Shown one piece after another: positions 12,336 through 25,735 of a stretch of 64,000 bases of DNA. The first letter of the stretch is position 1; each line of letters opens with the position of its first letter. The notes under the pieces are model-generated. The model saw only the letters and a program-made list of their open reading frames with translations, did no database searches and was not told the origin of the DNA. A program made the position numbers and the translations under genes. Source of the stretch: Mobula hypostoma (Eukaryota); contig NC_086097.1 of the NCBI RefSeq assembly GCF_963921235.1, forward strand, positions 150,352,001 through 150,416,000. Reading direction: 5' to 3'.

Positions 12336-12644
12336 ACAATATTCTAGTATCACTTTACCCTTGTACTACGCTGACGTACTGATGAAATGAAATGGTCTGT
12401 ATGCAAACCAATGTTTTTACTATGCCTCAGTACATGTGGCAATAATAAACACATTTACTAAATTACTTTTATTTTTAAACAGTGGGCCATTCTTCTATAT
12501 TCTTCCACAAAGCATTCTGAACATGATCCATTGTGATACTTTGGACTTTTTTTTGTTGTCTACCTCATTCTTCCAGACTCCACTGCATACAAGTTTAGCT
12601 CATCCAACCTTCCTTCTCGAGACAAGTTATGTTACTGGAAGAAA

Positions 12645-13570
12645 CCTTTCTTCCCGAAGAAGATGGCACAGAGAACAATGCAACGTCTTCCAGACGGTTC
12701 AAGAAACTACTTCTTTCACTTCATTTATGTCTTTTTTTTTCTCAGTTGTGATTCTGCTGCCGTTGGAGCCGGTGACCTATATCTTGTGGCATGTTTTTGG
12801 GCCGATTGAACAATTGGGCCTGGCACTTTGCTGTCTCCAACCGTGTTTCACGAGGTTTCAAGCAAAGCGTGAGGCCTCAAGGCCCAAAAGTCTGGAGGTG
12901 GGACATGGGCCAATGAATGACTCCATTTCTCGCTGATCTCGCCAAAGAAAGCATCGAGGAGGATTGAAATCATCAAGCCAACAGCAGAAAGCAAGCAGCT
13001 CTTAAGCACTATTTACCAGCTTCTTGTTCGCTGCTGCCAGAAGAACGTGCCTGTGTAAGATGGCCTCTCTTTCCTGCTCATCTGCTGCTCCCAGAGGACG
13101 CTCCCTGAGTTTGAATGGTCCATCTCTCTCAGTCGATGCTGCAGGGGAATTGTGCCAGAGTCCTGGGCTTTGGTCAAAGTTTAACCGATGTGCTTTGCAG
13201 ATTGGACTCTGTAAACACATCTCTGTAGTTCAAGATGTGTTTCTGGTTTTTGGTCTCTCCTTTTTTTGTTGCTTTTTAGGGCAATTTTGATCAGGACCAC
13301 TTGCAGATAATAAACGACACAGTGCTAGATTGAACTGAAATGAGCTGAACTGAATATTACAGGACTCTACTGATTTTGTGTTTTATATTCTGTGTTTTTT
13401 AATTTTTTTTTGCTATTTGGGCAATTAGTATTTTTTTTGTGAGTTGGGGGAGTTTGCTATTTTCCATGATAATCTTTGTTTTGAGGCTACCCTGTGCAAA
13501 AATGAATCTCAGGGCTGTGTTCTGCATACCTACTTTGATAATAAATGTACTTTGACTCTTTGAATCTTTT
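12645..13570 (+). mobile_element. Non-autonomous retroposon with a Rex-type 3' end
   Basis: Begins near AAGATGGC. Ends 'GAATCTCAGGG...ACTTTGATAATAAA..ACTTTGA', the same 3' end as the Rex fragment at 21610-21685. No coding similarity recognised. Confidence 0.5.
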
Positions 13571-13769
13571 ACAATGTTCTAAAACAATATATAAATCATA
13601 TCAAATTCTGGTTAGATGCTATTATATTCAGTCCGAGCCAAAGCATTTAAGAGAAATACAAATACTGATTCACCAGAAAAAAATCAGCAATAAAGCTTAA
13701 TTTTGAGATCACGTTAATTTATTTGAGTTATTATTTTTTTTCCTTAAGAAAAATAAAGTGTTAAGAATT

Positions 13770-14645
13770 TTTTTTGAAAGCAAAAAAGAGAGAAAAAAAG
13801 AATCCCTACTAACTAAGAGAAAAAAAACCTTACTAACTAAAAAAAAGAAAAAAAAAACTATATTGGGAGCACAACCCCGGAGCTATACGTCATACAAACT
13901 TCCATGAAAGAAAAACATCAATCCGCCAACTCAAATCCATTTAAACAAAAATCGGAAGGAAACCATATTAATTAACTCAAATCAGATGATAGTAGCGGGC
14001 AAAAGAACCCCACCTTTTCTCGAAATCAAATCGAGGATCAAAAGTTTGACTTCTGATTTTCTCCAAGCTAAGACATAACATCACCTGAGAGAACCATTGT
14101 ATCAAAGTAGGAGCAGAAGCATCTTTCCATTTCAACAAAATAGCCCTTCTGGCCGATAACGTAACAAATGCAATTACATGTTGATCTGATATAGAAATAC
14201 CATGAATATATTGAGGGATTATACCAAACAAAACTGTCAATTTATTAGGTTGTAAATTAATTCTTAAAACTTTAGAAATCGTAGAAAAAAATAGATTTCC
14301 AAAAATGTTTCAATACAGAACACGACCAAAACATGTGTGTCAATGTAGCTGTCTGGGCTTTACATCTATCACACTGACTATCAACATTAGGAAACATTTT
14401 AGACAGTCTTTCCTTTGTCAAATAATAACGATGTACTATTTTGAATTGAATTAAAGAGTGACTGGCACAGATCGAAGAGGAGTTAACCAACTTCAAAATC
14501 CACAACCAATCCTCTGTTATCAAGGACATGTTAATCTCTCTCTCCCAATCTTGCTTGATCTTACATGAAGGGTAATTTTGCTGCTGTAACAATAAATTAT
14601 AAATTTTCCCAATAAAACCTTTCACTAAAGGGTTCATTTTTAAAA
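13770..14645 (-). mobile_element. L1 LINE 3' fragment (ORF2 zinc-knuckle region plus 3' UTR)
   Basis: 'LIQFKIVHRYY...CDRCKAQTATLTHMFWSC' and 'ARRAILLKWK'. Confidence 0.9.
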
Positions 14646-15184
14646 TAGAGTTATTGATTTGAAGGCATAAAGTTAATATGTGCATAGCAAGAAAAATATT
14701 AATTGATAAATCACTCAAGGCCAAAGCAAGTTAACCATAAAATTATAACAAGACTATTAAAAAAGATGGAATCAAATATATTTATCACAATAAAGGAAGT
14801 CAGAACTCCAAGTTCCTGTCCTTACTAAAAAATACTTCTACTGGGTGTTGGAATGAACAGAACAAAAGGCTGTCATGCTGTTTAAACTGGAATTTTAAAC
14901 TGGATTAGCTATTTCTCATCTCATTTGCATTAGGAGTTTCTTCTCAAGACGCCGAAGAAAATCATAAGAATTTTCACCGGCAAAGGTTAAACTGGAGAAA
15001 ATAAAAAAAACCTGCAGATCTGAAATAATAACTAAGTGTTGGGCAGGAAGGTCAGCATGGATCTTGTGGGCTGAAGGGCCAGTTCTCTGTTACACTGCTC
15101 CTTGACTATGACTCAGCAGGACAACTAGCAATTACGGAAACAGAGTTACCGTTTCAGGTCAAAGACCCTTCATCAGAGAATGCA

Positions 15185-15745
15185 TATCACAGACCTTCAC
15201 TCTGAGTGGAGAGGTTTCCCCTCATGTTCCCTTTAAACATTTCACTTTCACCCTTAACCCATGACCTCTAGTTGTAGTCTCACCAGACCTCAGTGAAAAA
15301 AGCCTGCTTGCATTTACCTATCTACACCCCTCATAATTTTGTATACCTCTATCAATCTTCTACGTTTAGATTCCTTCAATCTTCTGCATTTTAGGGAATT
15401 AAATATTAACCTATTGAACCTTTCCATGTAACTCAGGTCTTCAAGTCACGTTAGCATTCTTGTAAATTTTGTCTGCTTCTTTCAAGTTACTTACATCTTT
15501 CTTGGAGGTAGGTGACCAAAATTGCACACAATACTCCAAATTAGGCCTCACCAGTGTCTTATACAATTTCAACATTGAATCCCAACTTTTGTACTCAATA
15601 CATTAATTTACGAAGTCCAACATGCCAAAAGCTTTCTTTATGACTCTATCTACCTGTGATGCCACTTTCAAGGCATTATAGATCAATATACCCAGATCCC
15701 TCTGTCCTACTACACTCCTCAGTGCCCTACCACTCACTACGGTTA
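15185..15745 (-). mobile_element. CR1 3' ORF2 relic
   Basis: Reverse complement matches the CR1 'LYKTLVRPNLEYCVQFWSP' region. Confidence 0.75.
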
Positions 15746-15749
15746 CACT

Positions 15750-17352
15750 TACAATGTCTCAAGAAAAAAAACATTATGTAAAGATTGAAAAAATTGTGAT
15801 GAAAAAAAACCCTACTAAGCAAGACAAGTGGGGAAAAAAGAAAGATCCCATTAGGTGTTCAACTCCAGAGCCATGTGTCATACATAAAGCTTCTAAAGAT
15901 AAACATCAAACCGCCAGCAAAAAAAAGTACCAAAAAATTTACAATTGTGGAGAATCCATCAATTAACTCAAATGATAATAATGAGCAAATGAACACCATC
16001 TTTTCTCAAAATCAAACATAGGTTCAAAGGTTTGACTTCTAATTTTCTCCAAACTAAGACATAGCATCACTTGAGAGAACCATTGTGACAAAGTGGGAGC
16101 TGATGTATCCTTCCACTTCAACAAAATGGCCCTCCTAGCTATCAATGTAACAAATGCAATAACATGTTGGTCAGACACAGAGATACCATGAATATTTTGA
16201 GGAATTATTCCAAAAAGCACAGTTAATTTGTTAGGTTGTAAATTAATTTTAAGTGCTTTAGAAATTGTCGAAAAAACTGACTTCCAGAACTGTTCCAGTA
16301 TAGAGCAAGGCCAAAACATGTGTGTCAGTGTAGCTGTCTCAGTTTTACATCTATCACAATAACTATCAACATTAGGGAGTATTTTAGACAATCTCTCCTT
16401 CGTCAAATGGTAACGGTGTACAATTTTAAATTGAATCAGTGAATGACTAGCACAGATCGAAGAAGAGTTAATCAGCTTCAGAATCCACGTTCAATCCTCC
16501 GTCATAAAAGTCAAATTGAGTTCCTTTTCCCAATCTTGTTTAATCTTAAATAAAGGACGCTTATCCCATTGTAATAGTAAATTATAAATTCTTCCAATGG
16601 AACCCTTCATCGAAGGGTTCATACTCATTATACTATCTAACAGGTCAGCATCCAATATGTAAGGAAAATTACTTAAATATTTTTGTAAGAAATGTCTAAG
16701 TTGGAGATATTGGACAATACTCCTTTCAAAGTCACAGATTCTCTTAGTTATTTAGGTGTCACAATCACTAAAAAATACAAGGATCTTTATATAGCCAATT
16801 TTGTTCCTTTGCTAGACTCTATGAAATATTTATTTAGTAGATGGAGTCCACTTACATTTTCACTTGTTGGTCGCATCCATATAGTCAAAAAGATGATTTT
16901 ACCAAAATTTTTATATCTATTTCAGAATATCCCTGTTTTTTTGATGAAGAAGTTTTTTGACCAGATTGATTCTATTATTTTATCTTTTATCTGGAATAAT
17001 AAAAGACCAAGAATTAGTAAATGTCATTTACAAAAGTTGAAAAAGGACAGAGGTCTCGCTTTGCCTAATTTAAGAATGTATTACTGGGCTGTTAATGTGC
17101 GATACATGTCCTTTTGGTTATATTGGGTTGATAAGAAGGATTGGCCTATCTGGGTAGATTTGGAATTGAAAGCTGTGAAACAGATTTATTTAACCTCATT
17201 ATTGGGAGCTGCTTTGCCTACACGATTAGCTAAAGTTGCTAATTTAAACTTATACCCTGTGATTAAGCATTCTTTGCAAACTTGGCTTCAGTTCCGCAAT
17301 TGTTTTAATCTTAAAAAATTTAAGCTTTGAAGTTTAATTTATTGAAACTACA
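15750..17352 (-). mobile_element. L1 insertion with 5' inversion (minus segment 15750-16705, inverted plus segment 16700-17352)
   Basis: Minus ORF 15963-16406 encodes the zinc knuckle. Plus ORF 16692-17330 encodes the upstream ORF2 region ('SYLGVTI', 'LPKFLYLFQNIP', 'GLALPNL'). Confidence 0.85.
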
Positions 17353-19110
17353 TTTCACTTTTGAAGGCCTCCCACTTACCAAGCACACCTTTGCCACAAA
17401 ACAATCTTTCCCAATCCACGCTTGTCATATCTTTTCTGATATCATCAAAATTGGCCTTTCTCTAAATAAGAATCTTAACCCGAGGGGCAGACCTACTCAT
17501 TCACCCTGAAACTAATGGCATTACCATAACTAAATGCAAAGTGTTCCCCTACACCATGTTCTGTCACCTGCCCTGTTACATTTCCTAATAGATTTAGTAT
17601 CACACTCTCTCTCCAGTTGGGGCTTCTATGTACTGATTAAGGAAACCTTCATGAACACATTTGACAAATTCTTCCCCATCTGGTCCTTTCACATTATGGG
17701 AAACCTAGTCAATATATGGAAAGTTAAAATCACCTAGTACAACAACCTTATGTTTCTTGCAGTAGTCTGCAGCCTCTCTACAAATGTTCCCCTCTAAATC
17801 CCAGAAACTGTTGGGTGGCTATAACATAATCTCATTAACATGGTTTCTTATTCTTATTCACCATTTCTTATTCATCATTTCTACCTATAAAGTCTCACTG
17901 TATGAGCTCTCCAGTCTGTCCTGTCTGACCACTGCTGTGACGTTTTCCCTGACTAGTAATTCCACTCCCCCTTTAATTCCTCCAGCTCTGTCGTATTTAA
18001 AACAACAGAACCCTGAAACATTGAGCTGTTGGTCCTGCCCCTCCTGCAACCAGGTCTCACTAATGACTATGATGTCACAATTCCACATGTTGATCCATGC
18101 CCTAAAATCAACAACCTTTCCGACAATATTCCTTGCATTGAAATGTTAACGGCTCAGAATATCACTCCCACCATTCTCAACCTTTTGATTCCTGACTTTG
18201 TACGTAGGCTTAACGACATCTTTCTCCACAACACTCCACTATCTGTTCTGTCGTTCTGGTTCGGATCTCTCTACAGCTCTAGTTTAAACGCCCACCCCCC
18301 TGTGCAGCACTAGAAAATCTTCTTGCTAGGATATTAGTCCCCCTCTGGTTTAGGTGCAAACTGTACCTCTTATTCAGGTCCCACATTCCAAAAAGAGCCC
18401 AATAATCCAAAAATCTGAAGCCCTCCCTCCTGCACCATCTCCTTAGTCATGTGTTAACCTATTTCTGGTCTTAATAAAGACAAACTTGGTGTGGGTTTAT
18501 GTAGGAACGCTTTATTACTTAACTGCTGCTCAACCACCAGCTCACCATCGTACCTTTCGGTCCAGGTGAACCTCTAGGAACTGAAATTCTTTATTATGCA
18601 TGTATGAAAACACACCACTTTCCCAGGAGGAGAGCCCTCCCACCTGCACCATCTCCTTAGCCACATGTTAAACTATGTGATCGTCCTGTTCCTGGCCTCA
18701 CTAGCACTTGGCCCGGGTAGCCATCACAACTCTGGAGGTCCTGTCCGTCATGTTAGCATTGAACAACCTGAACTCACTTTGCAGAACCTCGTCACCCTTC
18801 CTACCCCATGTCATTGGTACAGATGTGAACCACGACCTCTGGCTGCTCACCCTCTCACTTAAGAATGATGTATACTTGATCAGAGATATCCATGATCCTG
18901 GCACCCGGGAGGCAACAGTCCATCTGGGAATCATGTTCTCATCCACAAAAGCTCCTAACCAACAAATCCCCTATCACTACTGCTTAGCTCTTCTCCCACT
19001 TTCCCTTCAGTGTCAGAGACCTGACTGCTGCAACTTTACTTTGCTAGGCATTCTCCCACCGGTATCCAAACCTGTTTTTCAGGGGAATGGCCGCAGGGGT
19101 ATTGTGCTGC
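17353..19110 (-). mobile_element. CR1 relic with ORF1 esterase-like region and ORF2 endonuclease start
   Basis: 'IIVISETWLQEGQD' (17885-18088). Reverse complement of 18780-18910 gives a PGARV...VVVHIxTND motif. Confidence 0.75.
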
Positions 19111-19349
19111 CACAGTAAGAATGCTGATATGATAACTTAACCACTAATCTCTCCCAGAGCCCAAAAACATACTTTCTCATGATGATACTTATGTACTTTT
19201 GCACATTTTATTCCATATTCAGATTTCTTACTTTACTTCTATATAATGCTTTATTCTTTATAATTGTTGAATTGTTGCTTTCACTGACACACCACAGCAA
19301 ATTTCTAATACGTGTAAATGTGTTTGGTGACTAAGGTTGATCCTTAATG

Positions 19350-19965
19350 CTTGAAAGCTCGCCAGTGCCTCTACCTCCTCGAGAAGCTAAAGAAATTTGG
19401 CATGTTCCCTTTGACCTTCACCCAGTTTCATTGATGCATCATCAATCCAGATGCCTCACGGCTTGGTACTGCAACTGCTCTGCCCACGACCTCAAGAAAC
19501 AGCAGGGAGTTGTGAATATAGCTCAACACATCATAGAAACCACACTCCCCTCCATGGACTCTGAGTACGCTTCTCAGTGCATCAGTGAAGCAGCCAACAC
19601 TGTCAAAGATCCAATCCATCCCAGTCATCCTCTCTTCTCCCACACCCTGTCTAACCCATCATGTAGAAAATACAAAAAGCCTGAAAGCATACACCACCAG
19701 GTTCAAGGACAGCTTCTATCCTATTGTTGTAAGACTGCTGAACGTTTCCTTAGCTATGATAAAATAGACTCTTGACATCACAGTCTACCCCATTGTGTCC
19801 TTGCACCTTACTGGGTATCTGCACTGCACTTTCTCTATAACACTTTAGTCTAGACTATTACTGTTTAGCCTTGTACAATCTCAATGTGCCATTGCATACA
19901 TTGATCAGTGTGGACGGAATGCAATTCCAGAATCTCGGCACATGTGACAACACTAATAAACAAAA
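19350..19965 (+). mobile_element. Rex1/Babar 3' fragment
   Basis: 'CLTAWYCNCSAHDLKKQQGVVNIAQHI' and 'TTRFKDSFYP'. Confidence 0.75.
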
Positions 19966-20219
19966 TTGTACATGTAAAACTTAATATTTATTCAGCTATT
20001 ATGTTGAATTTGCTGTGATGCAAATCGGCTGCTTTGTACTGTACATTTTACAACCACTGGATTGATTGCTGAAACACTTGGGAAAAGCCTGAGGCTACAG
20101 GAACTGAAGGTGATCTGAAATAAGGCCTCAAGTGCCAGCTTTAAGTTTTAAGTCTAACTGCACCAACTGCTTAACACCAATGTCTGGACATAGATTAGCC
20201 ATAGATTTGAGGATCTATT

Positions 20220-20550
20220 CTTATAGAACACTGCAACATTGTACAGGCCTTTTAGCTCATGATGTTATGCCAACATTATAAACTACTCTAAGATCAATTA
20301 AACTATTCACTCCTACATAACCCTCTATTTTTCTATGGTCTAAGTGTTTTTTAAACATCCCTAATGTATCTGCCTCTACCACCACCCTGGCGGCGTGTTC
20401 CACACATCCAACGTGCTCTGTGCAAAAAATTTCATCTGCCATCCACCCTTTCACTTTGCTCCTCTCACTTTAAAATTATCCCCTCAGCTATTAGCCACTT
20501 GCGTCCTTGGGAAAAAGTGTCTGACTGTCCATTCCATCTAGGCTGCCCTT
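20220..20550 (-). mobile_element. CR1 3' end fragment
   Basis: 'VVVEADTLGMFKKHLD...EGY' followed by a CR1-type 3' UTR. Confidence 0.65.
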
Positions 20551-20689
20551 TCAGCATTTTCCATTTTGCATTTAGATTTTCAGCACCTGAGGTTTTTTGA
20601 TTTTCACTTTTGCATTTACACATCCTGTTGCCATCATTGCAGAACTGTGCCATAAAGGAAAATTATATGTTATGTATTCATTTAGACCA

Positions 20690-21685
20690 AAGCCAGTATT
20701 GGTGTGCTTAGCCCTCTGCTCTACTCTCTTCATGCATATGACTGAGAGGATAGGTACAATGCCATATTTAACTTTGCTAATGATACCACTATTATTGATC
20801 AAATCAAGGGTGGTGACGTTTAGGTATGTTGGCCGGAGATTGAAAAACTGATTGAACAGTTCCACAGCAACAACCTCCCACTCAAAGTCAACAAAACCAA
20901 AGATCTGATTATTGACTACAGGCGGAGGAAACCAGGTGCTCACAATCTAGTCTTCAACCTGGGATCAGAGGTGGAGGATGTCAGTAACTTTAAATTCCTT
21001 GGGGTTAACATATCATCAGATTTTTCTGGGAACATTGCAAACACCATTACAAAGAAGGAACACCAGCACTGCTACTTTCTTAGATGTTTGCACAGATCTA
21101 AAACTTTGACAAACTTCTATAAATGCACAGCAGAGAGTATCCTGACAAGCTGTATCACAGCTTGTTATGGAAACACCAAGAGCAGAAAGGCTCAGTACAT
21201 CACAGTCAAAGTCCTTCCTATTACTGAGCACACCTACAAGGAGCACCACCACAAGAAAGCAGCATCCATCATCAAGGACCCCCACCATCCAGGCAATGCT
21301 CTCTTCCCACTGCTGCCATCACGAAGGAGGTATGGGAATCATAGGTTCCACACTACCAAGTTCAGGAACAGTTATTACCCTTCAACCATCAGGCTCCTGA
21401 ACCAGCGTGGACAGCTTCATTCACCACAACTCTGAACTGATTCAACGACCTATGGAATCACTTTCAGGTACTCCACAACTCATGTCCTTGGCATTATTTA
21501 TTTACTTATTTGCACAATTTGTCTTCTTTTGCCTGTTGGTTGCTTGTCAGTCTTTGTGTGAAGTTTTTCTATTATATTTCTTAGTTCTACTGTGAATGCT
21601 AGCAAGAAGCTGAATCTCAGGGTAGTATATGGTGACATATACATACTGTACTGTACTTTGATAATAAATTTACCCTGAACTTGAA
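20690..21685 (+). mobile_element. Rex1/Babar LINE 3' fragment including the end of the RT
   Basis: FADDT-like 'FANDTTII', 'FKFLGVNIS', 'KDPHHPG', 'TTKFRNSYYPSTIRLLN', and a 3' tail. Confidence 0.85.
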
Positions 21686-23489
21686 TGTCATCAACAACTG
21701 CCTACAAAGGGCCCTATGGAAATTTTGCTTTTGCAAACTTGCTCTTTTATTTTTTGACTGATTCAACATTCAGCAAATCTTCCCAGTTAAAGATTTCACT
21801 CTGAACACATAATTGAGTTCGATTTCCTTGTGATTTACTGAGGAAATTGGAGGTGGCAGTTTTCAGAATGAATGTTAATCTAACCTCACCACAGATAGCT
21901 TGAATTTATGTACACAATTCCATGGCACGTCTATACAAATAGGGAAGTTCTTTGAATCCACATGTAAAACGCAGCGTGCATTCAGTCATTATTCTGACAA
22001 TTTCCTGAATTTGTAGCGATTAAAATTTGCTGTTTTATTCTGTGCGTTTTACAAGACTGGATTAGTTCTCAAAACATTTTGAGAAGTCCCAGTGTTACAA
22101 GAAAACACTTTATAAATGCAATCCACCTTTTTACATCTATTTTACCATTGGGTCTGCTACAGGAATCGAGGCAGATTCAAAATGTGACCCGAAGTGCCGT
22201 TCTTTTCATATATGTTAAGGTTTGTTCAAATGATTACATTATCACAGCAATACACTATTATCCGATATTCAGCACTTTATAAAATACACCATTTACAGGT
22301 TTGAATTAAAATATGGTTATCACTGTCCTGAACACATTCGAGTATCGTTGCGGGAAATCGCACCCTGAAGTTTAACAAATTTCACCGCATATGTCGGTGA
22401 TGTTAAACTTGATTCTGATTCTGGTAAGTTCTAAATCGAACCGCAACAATCGTCAACATTAATGTTCTGACATGGATTAGCAATAGAGTTGGGGATCCAT
22501 TCTTACGACGTTTGTAAAATTCCATCGATGATGCTTGTGGAAACTGTACAAAATACTAGCATGACACGACAAGGAGTGTGAAAAACCTGAATCATGATAC
22601 TTGTTCATTCGCTACTTCTTCACAAGCCTTTAAGTTAGGGGAGGGAGTTTTCATGGTGGTGGAGTGCGGGGGTTGGGGTTGCTGAAGAATTTGCAACGAT
22701 TTAATACCAAGAATAGTCGCTTTTTTGTTTTAAGCTGAGTCTTACTGATTATATTGAATAGATAAAGGACCTCGATTCTTGCTTGATACTCTGAATCGTG
22801 ATCACGGACCCTTCCTCCAAAAGTTTACGATTTCAATGTCCATTTAAAGGGTCAGGCGCCTTGTTTACTTCGTTTCAACTAAATCGTTTCGTATGCAATA
22901 CGATTCAATGTTATCAAAGCGAATGGTTTGGAGAAAATTAACAGTTAATTCTTGCAATACAAAGTGCTGGACTTACCCGACAAGGTTGTGAATTTTCGGC
23001 CCTTAACAACTATTCCACTTTGAGATAAAAGACAGCGAGTTAACACAAGTCAAACTTGGCAGCAAAAACTTGTGAACGGGTTTGTTTAAACTACTCAGAG
23101 AGATCGTTTCTCCCCATCGAAATGAGTTCTTCCAGCATTTTGTGTGTATTGCTCGAGATTCCCAGCATCCCTAGAATTTAGTATCCCCCGTCACTGTGTA
23201 AGAAATTGAATCGCTTGAAACCAAAGGCGGAATGGAAGACAGGCTCCACCTAGCTGCAAGCAATGCCGTACGATCTATAAGATCAAATCTTTCAAAACGC
23301 GAGGGAGTTGGGCGACGCGGCATTAATCTTTCCTTGACCACACATGGGACGACAGAGTCATGGAAAGTTTAACAAGCAGGAGACAATCTGCAGAGGCTGG
23401 AAATCCAACGTAACACACACAAAATGCTGGAAGAACTCATCTGGCTGGACAGCGTCGACAGTGTACTCTTTCCCAAGAATAAACTAGTT

Positions 23490-24215
23490 GAAGTCAAAAT
23501 TGTGCAAGGAAGAGCGCAGGAGTTCGTCGCTGTCAATTAACGGCACCTGGAAGAATCGGAATGTGAGCCAGTCCGGATCAACTTCACCGTTGTCTCTTCA
23601 GTTGTCCACTGCCTTCTACAGGAGAACCAGAAGGCACGCAGGGGGATTTGGAAGTTGAATGTCAAGCTGCTGACCCCCAGAGAACATGGGGAACTAAAGC
23701 GGGATTACGGTGATTGAAGAACCGTGAAATCCCTCTTTGATTCCCCTATGCAATGGTGGAAAGTGGCCAAGGGGTTTTTTTGTCCACAAAAGGGTTCAGA
23801 AGCAAGACAGAATCAAAGGGAATTGTGTCAACTCCAAACAGATTCGCAGCAGCTTTTCCTTCTGCAATCGAAGTGGGCGGAGGTGAGGAAGGAACTCTGT
23901 GAGGTGAAGAGCCGACAAGCCCAGCTCTTTGCTATAGATTCCTCTAAGATCATCTTCAAATCTAAGATCCACACAGTGGAGAAGTTTGAGATGTGCTCAA
24001 ACTTCATCTTCCAGAAGGCTCACAGGGGGAGCTCTGTGATGCACAGCTTTTCAAAAGAGGATGGCTCAGTAGTATCCTTGCACGTAAAAACTTCAAGAAT
24101 CTGCAGATCCTTCTATGCCAGTCTGCATGACAGAAGAGCTCTGATGACAGAACCTCCTGTCAGGGAGAGAGTCTGGACCAACCCCTCAACGGTGAAAGAG
24201 CTGACTAGCCCAATA
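23490..24215 (+). mobile_element. Tx1/L1-like ORF2 fragment (end of endonuclease plus linker)
   Basis: 'RGIWKLNVKLL', 'QWWKVAK' and 'ICRSFYASL'. Confidence 0.6.
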
Positions 24216-25735
24216 AAGAAGTACAGCACAGAAACAGGCCTTTCAGCCCAACTAGTCCATTTACAAAACCATTTAAACTGCCTATTCCCATTGACCTACG
24301 CTGCAACCGTAGCCCTCTATAACCATACCATCTATGTACCTATCGAAACTTCACTTAAGGGAACTCTTCTGGGGCGCTAGATGGAGTAGGTCACACCTTG
24401 CCTTTGCTCCGTTCACTTTTCAATCTTTTTACCATCCTTTTACTATCTATATCTAAATGTTTATAACACTTTTATATGCTTGAATTTTGATTTTTAATCA
24501 ATGGAAATGAGTACCGGGAGAAAAAAATGCATTAGCTGAAGGCAAGGAAGCTGGTAATGGAAATGGAAAGAAAGAAGGTGTTTTGAACAGCCTAAACAGT
24601 CTCAACTTACTTTGGAGGCTATCTCGAAGTTCCTGGATGATAAATTCAATAAAAGATTTGCTACTTTGAAAGTATTGTTAAAGGAGATAGAAGGTAGATT
24701 GGCAGTACTTAAGTGGGAGAGCGAAAAACAGCAACGACATATTTCTAATCTCGTTGAAGCTGGGAGTCAGAGAGATCATAGACTAGATCTATTGGAAAAG
24801 AAATTAACTTAGACCACTCAAGCACTGGAACAGTATAAAGTCAAGACTATTGACTTGGAGAGTCGTAGTCGGAGACAGAATTTGCGAATGATAGGACTCA
24901 GTGAAGACAATGGAGGTGTTCGGCTCTGATGTTTTTTCTTCTCCCCCTATACTCAATCGTGGCCACTGGTCTTTAAGAGCTAAACCCCCTAAGGAGTTGA
25001 AACCCTGACCTGTGATACTCAGATTTCACTATGTGCATACTAAGGAGCATTTAATTTGAATTTCTCATCGGAAAGGGGTTGTTGAACATGGAGATCTCAA
25101 GTTTCATCTTGTTGAAGACTACAGTCCTGAGGTAATGCAAGAAAGATCGCTTTTTAAACCAGTGGTGTCCAAGTTATATCAAAGAAATATCTGACCGGCT
25201 CTGCTATTTCCAGCTCGCCAAAGGGTTGTTCTGCCTGATAAATTGCGTAAATGGTTTAAATCCGTGGACGAAGCATATAAATTTCATTTGGCTAATAAAC
25301 TGATGATGTCGGAGCTCTATCAAAGAAAGTTCCTACCATCTCTGCTACTTCCAGGTTGCGTAAGGGTTGTTCTGCCTGATAAATCTTGTAAATAGTTTAA
25401 ATCCATGGACAAAGCTCATCAATTCCTTGAGGATCAATGTTCAATCTCAGCTGTCTAATAAATTTACTGTTTTTCATGTCTGTATTCATTTGTTTATAAA
25501 TTAATAACTAGTTCATAGATTTGGACTTTCAAAGTTTGAAGAATTTAGCCCTTGGTTTGATAATGTTTTTAGTTTGTTTTGGAGTATGGATATTTACCAT
25601 GCTTTTATGTTAAAGTTCCTTCTCTTTCTCTCCATTTATTATTTTATTTTATTTTTTCATTTGTTTGTTTTTGAAAATAATTAAGAATCTGATTTGGTGA
25701 TTGATTTTTTTTCTTGAAATATTAATAAGATTGTA

